From: Eledone cirrhosa
Taxonomy: Eukaryota
DNA length: 64,000 nt
Assembly: GCA_964016885.1 (NCBI GenBank)
Contig: OZ024743.1
Coordinates: 299,274,001 to 299,338,000 of the forward strand
Direction: 5' to 3'
In this document: positions 24,272-38,766 of the stretch, piece after piece
How the letters are laid out: every line of letters starts with the position of its first letter
Numbering within the stretch: the stretch's first letter is position 1
The notes under the pieces: generated by a model
What the model saw: only the letters and a program-made list of their open reading frames with translations
Database searches by the model: none
Told to the model about the DNA's origin: nothing
Translations under genes and position numbers: made by a program

Positions 24272-24880
24272 TGTCAGGTGGGATTATTGTGGCAGTATCG
24301 GTAGAGGGTCGGACGCCATGCTTTCCAGCATAGTTACGTCTCTTTATGATCTGAGTTCAAATCCCGCCGAGGTTGACTTTACCTTTCATCCTTACGGGGT
24401 CGATAAAATAAAGTATCAGTAATGCACTGGGTAATTGCTGGCCTTGTACCTAAAGTAGAAACAATTATTATAATCCTTACCGCCGAGGTTTACTTTGCCT
24501 TTCATCCTTACGGGGTCGATAACTTAAAGTACCAGTAATGCACTGTGTAATTGCTGGCCTTGTACCTAAAGTAGAAACAATTATTATAATCCTTACGGGG
24601 TCGATAAAATAAAGTACCAGTAATACACTGGGTATTTGCTGGCCTAGTGCCAAAAGTAGAAACAATTATTATAATAATTATCGGCTGTGGATTGGCAGTA
24701 TCGGTAGAGGGTCGGGCTCCATGCTTTGCAACATAGAGTTACGGCCCTTTATGATCTGAGTTCAAATCCCGCCGAGGTTAACTTTGCCTTTCATCCTTAC
24801 GGGGCTGATAAAACAAAGTACCAGTAATGCACTGGGTAATTGCTGGCCTTGTGCCAAAAGTAGAAACAATTATTATGATA
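24272..24880 (+). mobile_element. Head-to-tail array of four SINE copies (full, truncated, more truncated, full)
   Basis: The body-plus-tail unit occurs four times; tRNA-like heads at about 24280 and 24683. Confidence 0.92.
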
Positions 24881-24896
24881 ATTATCATTATTATTA

Positions 24897-27800
24897 ATGT
24901 TTCTTCGTTCAGCTTCTAGCGCTAGAGATGTATTACAGTGTTAGCTGTTCACTACCAGTGAACTGAGGTAACACCCCTTATTTATCGAGTACCCTCCGGA
25001 GTATTCGAGTTGCTTTTTGTAAGTGTTACATATTGCAATACCTATTTGCTTGATGTACTTATCATGATCTCTACTCATTGTTTCCAAGACTCCAACTATT
25101 ATTGGTGTTACCATACATTTTTTCAGTGACCACAGTGGCTTAATCTCGAAGCTAACCTATCACATCTATCATTTTCCCCGTTTCTTTATCGACCTTGTTA
25201 TCAGTTGGACAGGCTCTATCTATGATCCAACAGTTTGCTTCCTTTCTCAATTAATACAATATCTTGTCTTCTATGTTGAATCTCATGGTCACACTGTATC
25301 AGAAAGTCCCACAGGATGTTTGCATCATCATTTTCGATAACGTCGTCAGAGTTATTTTCGTACCTATGTTTTTGTTCTGTCAAGTGCATACTTGCCACAA
25401 AGTGCCCAATGATCTATCCTTACTATGTTGGCGTGACGTCTGTTATATTCTTTCTGAACTAGTGATATAAATCTACTGGTAATATGCCATACAGTTTCTC
25501 CATTTATGCCACAAATTCTATACTTAACACTATCTGATGTGTTGTCTACTCTATGTTCGATGTAGATAGTTCTTAGTGTTTGTCCTCCAGTAGCACATAT
25601 TAAGGCTGCCTTTTCCGGTTTTAGATCACTTTAAGCCATTCATAACCACATTTTTTATCTGTCTGTCCTATCTTCAACATGTCTATGGAATGGTCTATAC
25701 ATCTTTCTTTCTGTCCATCTACTTTGAAGTTTCATCCATCTTCAAATGTTTGTACTGTGTTTTTTCTTTAAAATCTTTTATTTTGCACAGCACTAACCTT
25801 CTTACTTCCAGCAACATTGGTTCTGTGGAATATTTTGTCCTCTTCCTCCTCTGTTTATTGGTACATATAATCTGTCTGTGTCGCTCTTTGAGTGTAATAC
25901 TCCACATTTAGTCAATATCTTTCTTGTCTGTCGATCTAAACTGATTATCTCTTCCACTGTCCAAATGATCACCCCCGCCCCATTTTTAAAGTGTGATACC
26001 GTCCATGTGTGATACCGCCCCATATTTAAAGTGTGATAGCTTCCATCTTATTCCGTCCATTCAATTTTGACTTGAGAATAAGTCTCAGTCTGCACATATA
26101 TTCCACACTAAATCTTTCTTTCATTTCCTCCTTCATTATCTTATCAACTTCCAATATCCCTAAGTACTTATAACCTTCTTCTTCTATTTGCATCATGCCA
26201 TTTCCTGATGGCAGCACCAAACCCTCAATGCTTTTAATTTTGCCTCTGTTCAAGATTAAAACACCACAAGTTTTTTATTTAAATTCCATCTAATGTCAGT
26301 AATAAATGTATATACCTTATCAATGAGGGACCAAGCTAGGATTCATTCTTACCATAAAGCTTGAGGTCATCCATGAAAATTATGTGGCTGACTTTTAGCT
26401 GGCGATCTTTGAATTCATATCCAGACTTAGCATTTCTCAAAATCATTGTCAGTGTTATTATGCACACAATAAATATCAGTGGCGCGAGACAGTCCTCTTG
26501 GAATATAACTATTTTGATTTCTATTGTTCCTAAATGTCGTCCACATGTTGTCAGTTCAGTTTTCCTATCTTTCATACTTTAAGAATCGCTCAAGATTATC
26601 AAATAAGCTAATATCATTATCAAATAAGCTAATATATTCCATAATCCAAGAGTGCAGAATCATGCATTAGTTTTGCGGTAATCGATCCACGTCATGATCA
26701 GGTTGGTTTTCCTACTCTTGCTATCCTTAAGCATTGTTTTATCTATCAAATACTGGCCTTTTGTACCTCTACACCTAAGTTTGTACCCTTTCTGCTCATC
26801 TGGTAGAACTCTATTTTCTTCAAGATGCCGGTACATTGATTCTGCGATTATTCAAGTCAATAATTTCTTCGTAAGTGGTAGGTATGCGATCGGCATGTTG
26901 TTGTCTACAACATTCACTTTAGTGTCTTGCTCTTTGTCAGCCACTCTGGTATCATTTGATCAGCATTTAGCCATGTGTTGAGTTGCTCAGTTAATCGTTC
27001 ATGGCATTGACTATATCTTTTGATCCAGAAGCCTTGAACACACTGTTGTTTGTTTAAGTTATAACCATTCAGCATCCTTCTTGTGCTCCATCCCCTTACT
27101 CTAAATGTTGCTCCAAAACTTTTGACTCTCAGTGTTAGTCTATCTTGCTGATATTACTTTATTCTTTGTTCGTATATAGCTATCTTTACCTTTTTTTGCA
27201 TCATTGAGCTACTCCATTTCTACGTTTTGTCCCTTTCTTTCTATGCCATCCTTTCTTTGTCAGTGCTCTGTATCTTTTTCATATCTAAACTACCCCTTCT
27301 CTTGTCGGACTAAGAATGAAATGTCCTGGCCTATATTCTCCTATTATAACATTGCTCTTTTTTGGTTTGCCTTATTGTTTTTTTTTACCTAGACCTCAAC
27401 ACATATTGTTTGCTACAACAATGCTTGCTGACTTTATCAAGTCATTTGTTTTGATGTATTTCAGTACTTCATTCACTTTTACATGTTTCTTGGTTTAACT
27501 TGCATTGGTAAACCTTGTTTAGGTTGCAAATAAGATTCCTATTGTCATCCTGTAACCTTTCCTTTAATCTGTCGTACATTGCCTTCTGTTCGCGTGTCAT
27601 GATTTCATCAATTTGATTGTCTTCCATACCATCTTCATTTCTCTCACTAGACTGACCATCTCTACCCTGTTTCTGTGAGTTACCAGAGATCTCTTCACCC
27701 TTGTCCTCTGCTGTAGTTTCCCTTTTACAGCAAGACCTTCATCTTCACCATTTCTGCCACTGCTCTTTCCTGATATCCGTCTTTTTATAACTACGAATTC

Positions 27801-28130
27801 CTTTTCTGTGAAAAAGTGAACTTTTCTTATTGCTCTGGCTTGGTCACATAACCTCTGCTCTGTGAATTGAAACAAGCCTCTTTCTCTCCAATTTTATGCA
27901 TTCGTTGTCAGAATCTTTTGATAGGGACCCCCTTTTCATCTATAGGATTACTCTTGTGGGTCCTAGTCTGTGTGATACGAGAGAGGAGTGACACACTCTT
28001 AAAAGTCAGGCGCACCCGGAGATAACACTGGTCGGGTATATGTTTAAAATTGCTCTTACATATTAAACCAGAGAAGACGGAAAACACTCTGGCCTCATTT
28101 ACCTACCATATGGCGTGGCGCCAAACATTA
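24897..28130 (-). mobile_element. R4/Dong-clade non-LTR retrotransposon (restriction-like endonuclease), near full-length, degraded
   Basis: [86 protein letters not shown]. 3' end lies in a TAA-type repeat. Confidence 0.88.
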
Positions 28131-29529
28131 TATAAATGTAAACCTTCAACCCAACTTTCATTACTTTTTATTACTTTTTATAACCGTCTTGATATCCATA
28201 GAACAATATCTCCTTTTATCCGATCGTCTCCACTGTCAAACTTCGCTGGTTTTCGCCAGGATATATTCAAGTGAAATTTATTACCACTAACCTCCGTGGT
28301 AGCAGACCGGATGACTCATTAACGGCATAGCACTATCTATATCAGCGGAATTTCTGATGGCACTACACAACCCACTCCACAGATCTTGTTCGCGCTCACC
28401 AAAGCCACAATGCTTTGAATTGACGAGTTGATTATTTTGAGATGGTCTGTAGCAAGAATAATACGTGTATCGTGGGCCATCTCCGGATCAAATATTTTCT
28501 CTATTCTCTGTTGTGTTTGCCGTAATTTCTGTTATTCATTGACTAATTATGAAATCCGATCCTGATGATGTCGCCAGTATTTTACGTAACCAGGCCATTT
28601 GTTTTTAGCAACAATAAAAGTTTAAAGGGATATTACTAGTCCGGCCTCCCGTTATATTAATAATATATATATATATATGTGTGTATAAAAGTTATTCCTT
28701 TTCTCAAGTCTATTGTAGAAGACACTTTTCCAAGTTTCAAAGCAGTAGGACTGAAGACAGAATCACGTCTTAACTACACAACAATAAGTATGTCTTTCTA
28801 AATTAAAAATTCTATCCGCCTACGCTGTACGAATCACTTTTGTCGTGATTCAGTCAGAGGTTAAAATGGATTTCAAATTCTGCTACTTAATTAAGAATGT
28901 GGAAAATAATCTCATGAGTATTCCTGGACGGTTTGCTTCAAACATTGTGCAATTCTAAACAAAGCTCTGTCGATTGCATTAATTATATATCGTATAATGT
29001 TGTCTAGGAACTAATTAAAAAGTAATTTTAATTAAAGTAGAAGAATGGGGAAAACTGAAGTACAGGGCAGGTTCATTGGATCACCCTATCTCATTTAGAA
29101 CGTTTAGAGAATTTGGAAAGAGTTTTCTTTTAATGAGAATCTCTACGACCGACAGTAAATTAAGCCGGATAAACAGAAAATAAGGTTTTGCAGTAATAAA
29201 AGCGGGTTAAAATTTATTGAGCTACTTGAGAGTTTATGGAAAGATTTTACAATTTTGTTTGCAAAGCACGTTCCTGCTTTTCTCAATGGGTTCCTCTGAA
29301 GAACATGAATTATCTTTGATGGCGTGCAGTTAGGTGATTACTTAAAAGTACAACTATATAATTCTTGATCAACTAATCGCAAATGTGAACGATTTTATTT
29401 TGGGTTTCTGCCGATAACTACATTTGCTAATACGGTGCATTTTATACGAAACAAATATCTGCTCAAGCGTTTGGATTCTTCGTCAGGTGTTGCACTAAAT
29501 CTCTTAAAGCGAGGTAATTTTATTTAATA

Positions 29530-29706
29530 ATAATACTTGTTTCTACTTTTGGCACAAGGCCAGCAATTATCCCAGTGTATTACTGGTACTTTATTTTATC
29601 GACCCTGTAAGGATGAAAGGCAAAGTTAACCTCGGCGGGATTTGAACTCAGACCATAAAGGGCGGTAACTCTTTGCTGCAAAGCAAGACGTCCGACCCTC
29701 TATCGA
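29530..29706 (-). mobile_element. tRNA-derived SINE
   Basis: Reverse-complement family match. Confidence 0.9.
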
Positions 29707-32700
29707 AAGTATGTATTAAGAGAATGTCAGCATTATGGTATAAAAGTGAATTATATCACAAGTTTCATTTTGATAGGATAACAGTTGACACAAAGCTTTT
29801 GGCGCAATGAGTACAAATCATCACGAATGAGCTACAGGCAGAGACACCAATAAAATTACACACACACCCACACCCACACACACACAATGGCTGGCTGCAT
29901 CTAGTTCCGTTTTTTTTTTTCTTTCTCTCATTTAGGCGCCCTTTGTCCCCCCCCCCTCTCACACATATATATATAAAGTTTTGTGTGTTATATTTATATA
30001 CTTGGATTCTGTAAGGTTTCTCGTAAACACGACATCTACGTCTACTCAATCAATTTGATACTGGTCTATCGCGCTGACATGTACAAGCCACGTGTATCGA
30101 GTCGAATTTTATAAACTCCATCGATATATTAAACATTTAGAGAATTAGTATTTATCTATTTAGATATCTGCTACTTATTTATGTCGAGATCTTTAATTCC
30201 TGTATGCATAAAAGACACATAAAGATATCTGATTATTCGAGGAATATTTTTTTCTTACGCCATAATTATTAATTTGTTTTATGACAATTGTATAAATTAT
30301 TGTTAGGCAAATTAAAATGTAATATTTTTTCCTCACCCGATATCATTGAGATAATAAAGTAAAAAACAACAAAACAAAAGCTGAAAACTTTAAACATTAG
30401 AAGAACATTAGAAGACTAAAAACATAAGAGAAAAAAAAAAACATACTATAAACACAAATGCTTTATTTTCGATTCTGTTTCTTAATTCATTAGGATACAT
30501 AAACAACAACAACAAAAATAATAATTTACTTCACCGAAATAAATTAATAAACAAATACATATGTAAATAAATGAAAGTTGTGTATGTCAAGGAAATAAAA
30601 CATGAAAATAAATAGCTCTTAATAAATTGTATTGCGAAGTGAGTTATTCTTTTTAATCATGTAATTTCTAATCCAAGCAGGTAGGCTCCGCTAGAAAGTA
30701 ATGGCCTTTTCTTCGGAGACTGAGAATGAAGAAAAAACAAAACAAAATAAGAAGCCAGAACAACAACAATAAAATGGAAGATTAAAACAGAAAAAAATAA
30801 AGAAATGAAGTCACCATCTCACTTATCTAACCAACAAACATACACACAACCCCCTCCAACAAACGAGGAAATAAAAAAGTAACTATCATTTACAGTGTTA
30901 AATGAAGCTAAATTCAAAATACGACAAATCAATAGAATGTGCTGTGTCTTCTTGCTTTTGATATTTAATTTATGTTAAAACAGACATTTGGAGCCAAACG
31001 AATAAACTTTAGTGGAAGTTGCTGTGATGTAAACATGATTAAAATGAAAAAGAAAACATAAAAAAGGAAGCAAAATAAACTTCTTCACACACAAATACAT
31101 GACCATCACAATTCAAAATAAATACACAAAAGATATGAAGAAAATAAAAACGAATGAGAAGAAAATACCAACAACAACAAAAGAAACAACAGCAGCAACT
31201 ACAATACTAATAATATTAATAATGACAAAAATAATGATAATAATAATAATTGTAATAAAAGAAAATCAATAAGTAAAATATCAATAAACAATAACAATAA
31301 CAACAACACAGGAAATAACCAATCTTGAACAGTATGTCTGTGCTAATGGATATTACTTTTGTAGATTATTATAATTTGATAAAAGGTCTACTAAGAAATG
31401 AAAAGAAATTAACAAAACGCCACACATACACTCACGCTCTCACCCTCTCACAAACACTTGCATCTATCTATGCACACACACAGTTGAATGAATGATTAAA
31501 ATAAATGAAATAGGTAATGAGAAGTCAAAGAAAAACGAAAGAAAACTGAAAGTGTAAATTTAGAAAGTTATTTTAAATATTCGTTGATAATTTGATTTCG
31601 TGATGTGATTAAAAGTCAACTGAAATGAAAAAATAAAACGGAAAAGTAAAAAGATAAAGAAAACGTAATAGTAAACGATGTCAACAATCACTTGTTTTAG
31701 AATGTTCAAGAATAAATAACTGTTCATTTGTTCGTTCAGTCATTCTTTTTACAGGTGTAAGATTCGATCTTAGCACAGTCATTATCAAACAAGTTAATAT
31801 ATGACCAGTAAATTTCATGTGCCTTATTCGATGTACTGCTTACCGTTGCAGCGCAGTTGTCGTTAACTATTCTGATACAAGCCCGTATGAAATCATATTT
31901 GATTCCATAATGAAAAACCATTTGTTTTAAATTGTTCATATTTAGATGTAAATCTTCCATTATATTTTTATGGAATGCACTTTTCTTATATTATATTCTA
32001 AACAACAACTTACTATTAGTAAATCCTTCCAAAGTTTGAATATTAAAACGTTTTTGGGATAGGCATTAGGAATATGGTAACTATTTGGATTATGGTAACT
32101 ATAGAGTAAAATCATTTTTGTCGCTGATAATCTTCCTTGCAATACAAATGTATTAGAGTATCATAGTTAACACCAACCAGAATATTTTATTGGTTAAATA
32201 CAGGATCTGTGCTCATAGCCCTTTTCAGTGTTACCATAGTGAGAGAGGCAGATTAAAGATGGTATACTTAATCCGAAACCTAGCCCGAATGCACGAAGCG
32301 GGGTGCACTCCATTAGGGTTACCCAAAAGCAATGTAGTAGTCTTAAATCGGGTGATGGATTAAAACTATCATTAAAAAGATTACCACCAGCGAGATTTGA
32401 GCACAAAATGCATTGAGCTGTGAGAGCAGAAGCGTGAGGCATCTCGTTCAATGCTCTGTCAATTCCAGCAATCTACCACCATAAACTAATACTTTATTTT
32501 ATCAGACTTGAAAGCAGAACAGGTGAAATTAACTTCTGCGGTATTTGAGCTCAGAATACTGTATGGCATTATGGCGTGCGCTCAACTCATTCGCCGCTCA
32601 CAAGCAATGAATAACTGCGTATCTGTTATTCTAAAATTGTGAGTTACTCTTTTAGCAACCGTGGCAACAATCACATGGAATGTTTTAATAATGGAAGGAC

Positions 32701-32777
32701 ACGGTTTACCAAAGAGAAAAATAAAATAAAAAAATGAAAAAATACAAATACTGAAAAATATGTTATCCTTACTGTAC

Positions 32778-32795
32778 CTGATCAGGTCCACGATG
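32778..32795 (-). other. Candidate 18-nt microexon
   Basis: TTGCATTGCCGTTCTTCTTTAG|CATCGTGGACCTGATCAG|GTACAG; length is a multiple of 3; TGC motifs upstream. Confidence 0.25.
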
Positions 32796-33879
32796 CTAAA
32801 GAAGAACGGCAATGCAAACAACACTATTAACACCACCGCCAACAACAACATTAAATTACTAGTCTGTTTCCAGTTAGTTTGGCATACCATCTCGATTCTC
32901 TCTCCATTTCCATAACTAATCAATTATTCTGCTGGTTTCTAAGTAGAAGGGGATGTCTTTTAAAACTTTCTCAGTAAACAGCATTAGCATGCGATGCCTC
33001 TGTTCCCCAATCTTTACTTGAAATGATAGCGTTGTATCTAGTCAGCTTGTGTGAACTCTTCCTGAAAAAGTTATGTCGCTGTGAAGAATCCTGATGCTTT
33101 ATATTCTAATTAGTCATTGATTTATTACATAGTGAATGTGAATAAGAAAGATGGGGAGAGCATGAGAAAGAGATTATGAGAGTGAGAAAGGTGGTAAGAG
33201 AAAGAGAGGTTGATATGGAGATGGGGATGAGGAATGGAAAAGGAGGTTAAATAGGATAAGATAGACAGAGTAAAAGAATATATAGAAATAGTCTGAAAGA
33301 CAATTGTCACAAAACGTTCGAATTACATGTGGTGGGAAATGAGATGCATGATATTTGTACATTACTTTAGAATAATAAGCGGAAATCGGATTTGGTTTGT
33401 CGGGGGCTTACAGGTATTCAACAGAAATTGCCACTATCTGAGCTGTGTAATAATTTTCATTTTACTACGTTACGCATACAAAGAAATAATTTTACCAAGG
33501 GCTTTACTGGAATGAGACAAAGAAAGGTATCTTCTAAAAATAGAAACCACCAGGAAATTTATTTCGATTATGTGAGGCACATAATATTGCATGCATTCAT
33601 TTAAATACATTTGCAACTATCATACTACTCTGCTAACAGTGAGATATTAGGTAGGTACATCATCATTTTAAATTCCAATCTTAAAAGTATCGATGTTATA
33701 TTTTATTCATATGCTGGTCAACCGGCGATAATTTCACCACACATAGATGGACAAATATGGAAATTTCCCCCTTATAGACTGGGACATATATGTTGATTGC
33801 TATTTCTTGTCAGGAGATTGCCATCTCCTCATTGAACATTGTATGATCATGTGCACGCATTTGACGTTTCAGACCAGCT

Positions 33880-35180
33880 TTTGTTTTGCAATCACGTTTA
33901 CAGATGTGACACTTGAACTGTTGGTTTTCTGGCATTACCGGGTGTGTCCATGGATCGTGTGACTTTAAATGATTGACGATTCCAGCTTGTGATATAAGAA
34001 ACCGTCAACGTACCTCAATTACTGCTAGACATTTGCAGGCACAGCACTTGGGTCCCACTTACGGAGAGAACGCTTCAAATTAACATGTTCCACTCGCATT
34101 TTCTCAAAGGCATCACATCAATACTTGATTATTCTTCAGCTAATGTCTCTCAGTTCTCCATATCAATCCTCAGAGTTTTAAGATTGACTTTTATGACATC
34201 CTTAAAGCATTTCTTTGATTTATGTTGTAGCCTTTTTCCTCCGATCAGCTTCTCATAAAAAATCTGTTTATGCGGCCTTCCATCTTCCATCATGGCTACA
34301 TGACCAGCCCAACGCATCTGATTCCTAATAATTCTCGTCTCAATACTGATGCTACCCGCCTTTCGAAATACACCGGAATCAGGTTTATAGAGGAGCACTC
34401 GATGTTCAGGATGTGTCAGATACACTGCTGTGGAAATCTTTACAGCTGCTTGGTGTGATATCTGTAAATTGTCCACGCTGTGGATTCGTAAATCAGGGCT
34501 GTAAGAACACAGACCTCATACACAGAGAACTGTGTGTCTTTTGTGATACCCCGATCTGATCAAACTCGTTTCTCAAGCTTCCCGAAAGCAAGACTCGCTT
34601 TCGCAATCCTGTAAATTTTTTCAGCGTCGAGGGTACCACTTCTACTAAGTGAAATTCCGAGATAGACAAAGATGTCCAACACTTCAAGTCTTTTTCCTTT
34701 CACCAAAATGTCTGTCTTCACATACACATCCCCAACTATTGGAGTGTACATGACTGTTGTCTTCATCATGCTAATATTTGCCCCTAATGTAGTGCATGCA
34801 TTGAAGAATAAGTTGGAAATCAACTGCATGTCGTCTACTGTGTGAGCCCCCAAATCATCAGATATAGAAGCTCCTTGACAAGAGTGCCAAATGTTTTGGA
34901 CATGTTGTTAAAATGGCTTGGCTTAAAAAGGTTCTAGATCGCAAGTATAGGGATTTCGAAGTCTTTGGAGGCATATCAGCAGGATTGCTAAAATAGGCTC
35001 TGAAAGCGTCCAACTGAAGTTCATTTCCTATTTTGATCAATCGTTGAATATTCCTACACATTCGGGAGGGCATCCAAGTTTCCCCAATATGACCAACAAA
35101 GGACTAGGTTTAATAGTATCGAAGGCTTTAGTAAGGTCCACAAAACTTGGTACAGTGACACTCACGGCTCCCCATATTTC
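33880..35180 (-). pseudogene. RTE-clade LINE RT and 3' fragment
   Basis: FVDLTKAFDT, FVYLGISLSR, ASLAFGKLEKRV, QMRWAGHVAMMEDGRPHKQIFY. Confidence 0.88.
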
Positions 35181-37371
35181 TCTATCAGCTAACCCCACCC
35201 CTTAACATCCTGTCTGCTCCTGCATTACAAAATTATTTTAAAGTGTTGATATTTATCTAAGATTATACCAGCAACATTTTACGGAAGAGCCTTTGTTAAG
35301 TTACTTTCCAAACAATTTAATAAGGAGAAAGTTTACTGAGGTCCTCCAAAGTTCATTCAAAACGATTAAAAAAGATCAAAGGCAGAATCTCTCATTAGAA
35401 ATATGGTAAAGAAATGTTTAACAGACATTTTTAGTGTAGATGTACTGATGTTATCGTAATAGGTTTTACTCTCTCGGTTGTTGGGAATTGATTCATGTAA
35501 ACTTCAGACCTCAGATACTGTCAGTGGAAAAAGATCAAGTCATTTGATTTAAGTGAACCGTGTGTCACAAGTCATGTGCTTGACAATATTTCATCAACAT
35601 GATACCTCACGTTCATTCTGACATATGTTGTAGCGCCCTCTTGTTGACAGTGGATTTCAACTTAATTTCAAAAGGGACTGTCATCTAATTCAAGGGTAAA
35701 ACAAGATTTTTATACCTTGGTACATAGATATATAAATATATAAACGCATATTTGTACATATACAGATGTTTACATATACATATGTTTACATATGTTTACA
35801 TACATACACACATAAACACATACTTGCATGCATACATACACTCACACATACATATATGTGCGTACATAGATGAATTTCACATTACTGAAAATACCTTCAT
35901 GTTTATATTAACACTGCTATTTTTAACTAAGTTATTACGTAACCTTCGTGTATATCACATTAAAAGAAGTATCATACTGTAAGAAAGAGTCGACCGTTGG
36001 TCGTTATGACTGTGTTGTTGATGGCGGGACCACGAAAATAGAGAGACAGAGGAAGTGGAATGAGAAAAGTAGAATGAAATAGTGAGAGTGAGAGAGAGAG
36101 AAAAGGCAAAATATAAAGAGAGAGAGAGCGAAAGGAGGAGAGAGAGATGGTGAAGATGGTGAAGTGTGGAGGTAGTTGTTGTTGATACTCTGCGGCGATA
36201 TTAGTGCTGATAATGGCAAGCGTGACTGTTGTTGGCTTCTTGTCATTGTGGTTGACTTCGTTGGTAATAGTGGTGGTGGTGACACTGCCGTCAGTATTAT
36301 CAAATAAGAAGGTTCTATAAACTTAATTAAAATGAATTCTTATTGATGTAATGTTATTTTCATTGTACTTTGTACTGTCAAATACTAAAGACTTACAAAA
36401 TGTTGCTGATTAAAACATGTGAACTGCTCAGTGTTAATACGAATGCAGCATAGCAAAATGTTTATAAAGTCCGCTTCGCAATAGAATTTCTTGTTTTCGA
36501 TACCACTGCGTGACATCTTCGACATATGTTATTTACCTTAGCCTCGGGCTGAGCGAAGCCCTGCTTGGAAGCCATTCAGATTGACTGTAATTCAATCGGC
36601 CTTGTTACAAAGTTTATCGCATTTAATTTCCATGAGAATTTCGTTAATGTTGCATGTGTATATGGAATACTCAGCTACTTAGATGCTAGTTTCACGTTGT
36701 GTTGACCCGGAACACTCATGGTCGAAACCGATGTCGGTCCATTCCACTACAGCTTACATGGAGTGTTTACTGATTTCATTAAGTTGAATAAGTCATATTT
36801 TTCGTGGATTTCTGCTGAGTCCCAATAGTATATATATATAAAACCCAATAATGTGAGAATTAAATGTCTAAAAATAGGAGTGCAATAACATTGAAGAAAA
36901 CATCAGATAGCGTTAACAGGATAATCCGGGGACTGGTCTGCGACAACCCAAATAATTTAGATAGCTTAAACGATGGAGGCTGTTAGTTGACTTTAGCGGA
37001 GTCTACTCTGTTGCAGGTATAAGGAGAGTTGGTCTCCTGTTTGAGGATATCCCCTTCTTCCTTTACATCAGTATCGGAGCCTCTGAATGGGTTCATAGGC
37101 ATCGTCATTCCCTCAATGGTTAATCAATAATAATGACCAAAGAAATTCATTGATTCGGGCGTTTGGTTTCTTTCTTTTGAGAAACCACCCCTTTACAATG
37201 TCGCACTCTGGTCATAAAACTCTACAGGAAAGAAACAAGCACCCGACACGTTAGATTTCTTGCTTTCCACACAATTAAAGCATATTCAACTATTTGATAC
37301 CATCTGTAAAATGTGTATACTAAAATTATCTATATGTTTTAAATCTCATCACACACACGCACACATATATA

Positions 37372-38250
37372 CGAGGTGTGTCAGAAAAGGTCCAGGACTG
37401 ATGTCACAAAAGATTTATTTCAAACCCAAACTTCACACTAAGAGTTTTCTCCTTCAAAGTAATCCCCCTGGAGTATGTAACTGTAATCTTAGCTCTCTGC
37501 AGCGATCAAACCTTTTTCTTCATAATTTTATATACATGTCCTCTGTTTCAGGTCGTCAAGCAATGAGCACAGAGCAACGAACAAACTTGAAAACTCCGTC
37601 AGAAGCAGTGGGATTACTGCAGCAAGTGTATGGAGTTGAGACGATGTCACGCTCACGGGTTTTTGGGTGGTGCAATAGGTTTGAAGAAGGACCCGAGGAC
37701 GTGGAAGATGACCCCAGGAGTGGAAGGCCCTCAACAACCATGACTGAGGTCAACGTTGAGCGCGTCAGGCAGATGGTGCGTAGCAATCGTCGGCTGACTG
37801 TTCGATTGATGGCAAATGAGCTGGGCATGAAGCGGGACAGCGTCTGGAAGATTCTCACTGAAGATTTGGACATGCGGAAAGTCTGCGCGAAGATGGTGCT
37901 AGCACTACTGAACGATGACCAGAAGGGTTGACGCATGCAAGTGTGCCAGGACATCGTCCAGCGTCTTGAAACCGAACCAGACATGCTAGGGACAGTCATG
38001 GATCTTCGAGTACGACCCGGAGGGGACCCGTTTTCAAGACGTGGACGACATCAAAAAGGCTGTGACGACGGAACTGCGGAGGATCTCGGAAGAATCCTTC
38101 CAGGAGTGCATGCAAGCGTGGCAGAAAAGGATGGAAAAGTGCATTAGACTCTAGGTGAATTACTTTGAAGGAGAAAACTCTTAGTGTGAAGTTTGGATTT
38201 GAAATAAATATTTTGTGACATCTGTCCTGGAACTTTTCTGATGCACCTCG
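37372..38250 (+). mobile_element. Internally deleted mariner element with about 103-bp inverted ends and TA TSD
   Basis: TA|CGAGGTG..CACCTCG|TA. HTH region MSRSRVFGWCNRF..DDPRSGRP..RKVCAKMV; SWIFEYDPE is joined directly to GTRFQDVDDIK, so the catalytic core is deleted. Confidence 0.93.
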
Positions 38251-38446
38251 TACACACATACACACATCCATGCATATATTAATTATATTTCACGCACATA
38301 CAAGAATAGACATATCCATATAATTACCGTTTGTTTTGATTTTAGATTATGGAAATAAATTGAATTGTATTTTCTTTTTATTGAATCTATTATTTGAATT
38401 ATTCATATTTGTTTCCTCTCAATAAAGCTTTTCAATCATTATTTCA

Positions 38447-38640
38447 CTGGTGGATTGGCAGTATCGGTAGAGGGTCGGACGCCATGCTTTGCAGCAAAGA
38501 GTTACGGCCCTTTATGGTCTGAGTTCAAATCCCGCCGAAGTTAACTTTGCCTTTCATCCTTACGGGGTCGATAAAATAAAGTACCAGTAATACACTGGGA
38601 TAATTGCTGGCCTTGTGCCAAAAGTAGAAACAATTATTTC
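38447..38640 (+). mobile_element. Young tRNA-derived SINE with TSD ATTATTTCACTG
   Basis: Full family match with a flanking direct repeat. Confidence 0.92.
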
Positions 38641-38766
38641 ACTGTTTCTCGGTTTGAATACTTCTCCTCACCACATAAACATGTGCAATCAAAATATTAC
38701 TTACCCACATAAGTTATATTGTCACTAGAAACATATGTTCTTTTGTGTCTTTTTTGTTAAATTCAA

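Noticed and set aside
29440-29495. Minus-strand CTGACGA..CAAAC hammerhead candidate; similar lone cores at 24257, 28562 and 48272
   Set aside because: Missing GAAA or pairing stems.
32582-32923. 113-aa signal-peptide or transmembrane-like ORF
   Set aside because: Hydrophobicity derives from T-rich intron-like sequence; only the microexon hypothesis was retained.
36004-36303. Pro/Ser/Thr-rich ORF, and the His-rich ORF at 41248-41490
   Set aside because: Decayed trinucleotide repeats with no homology evidence.
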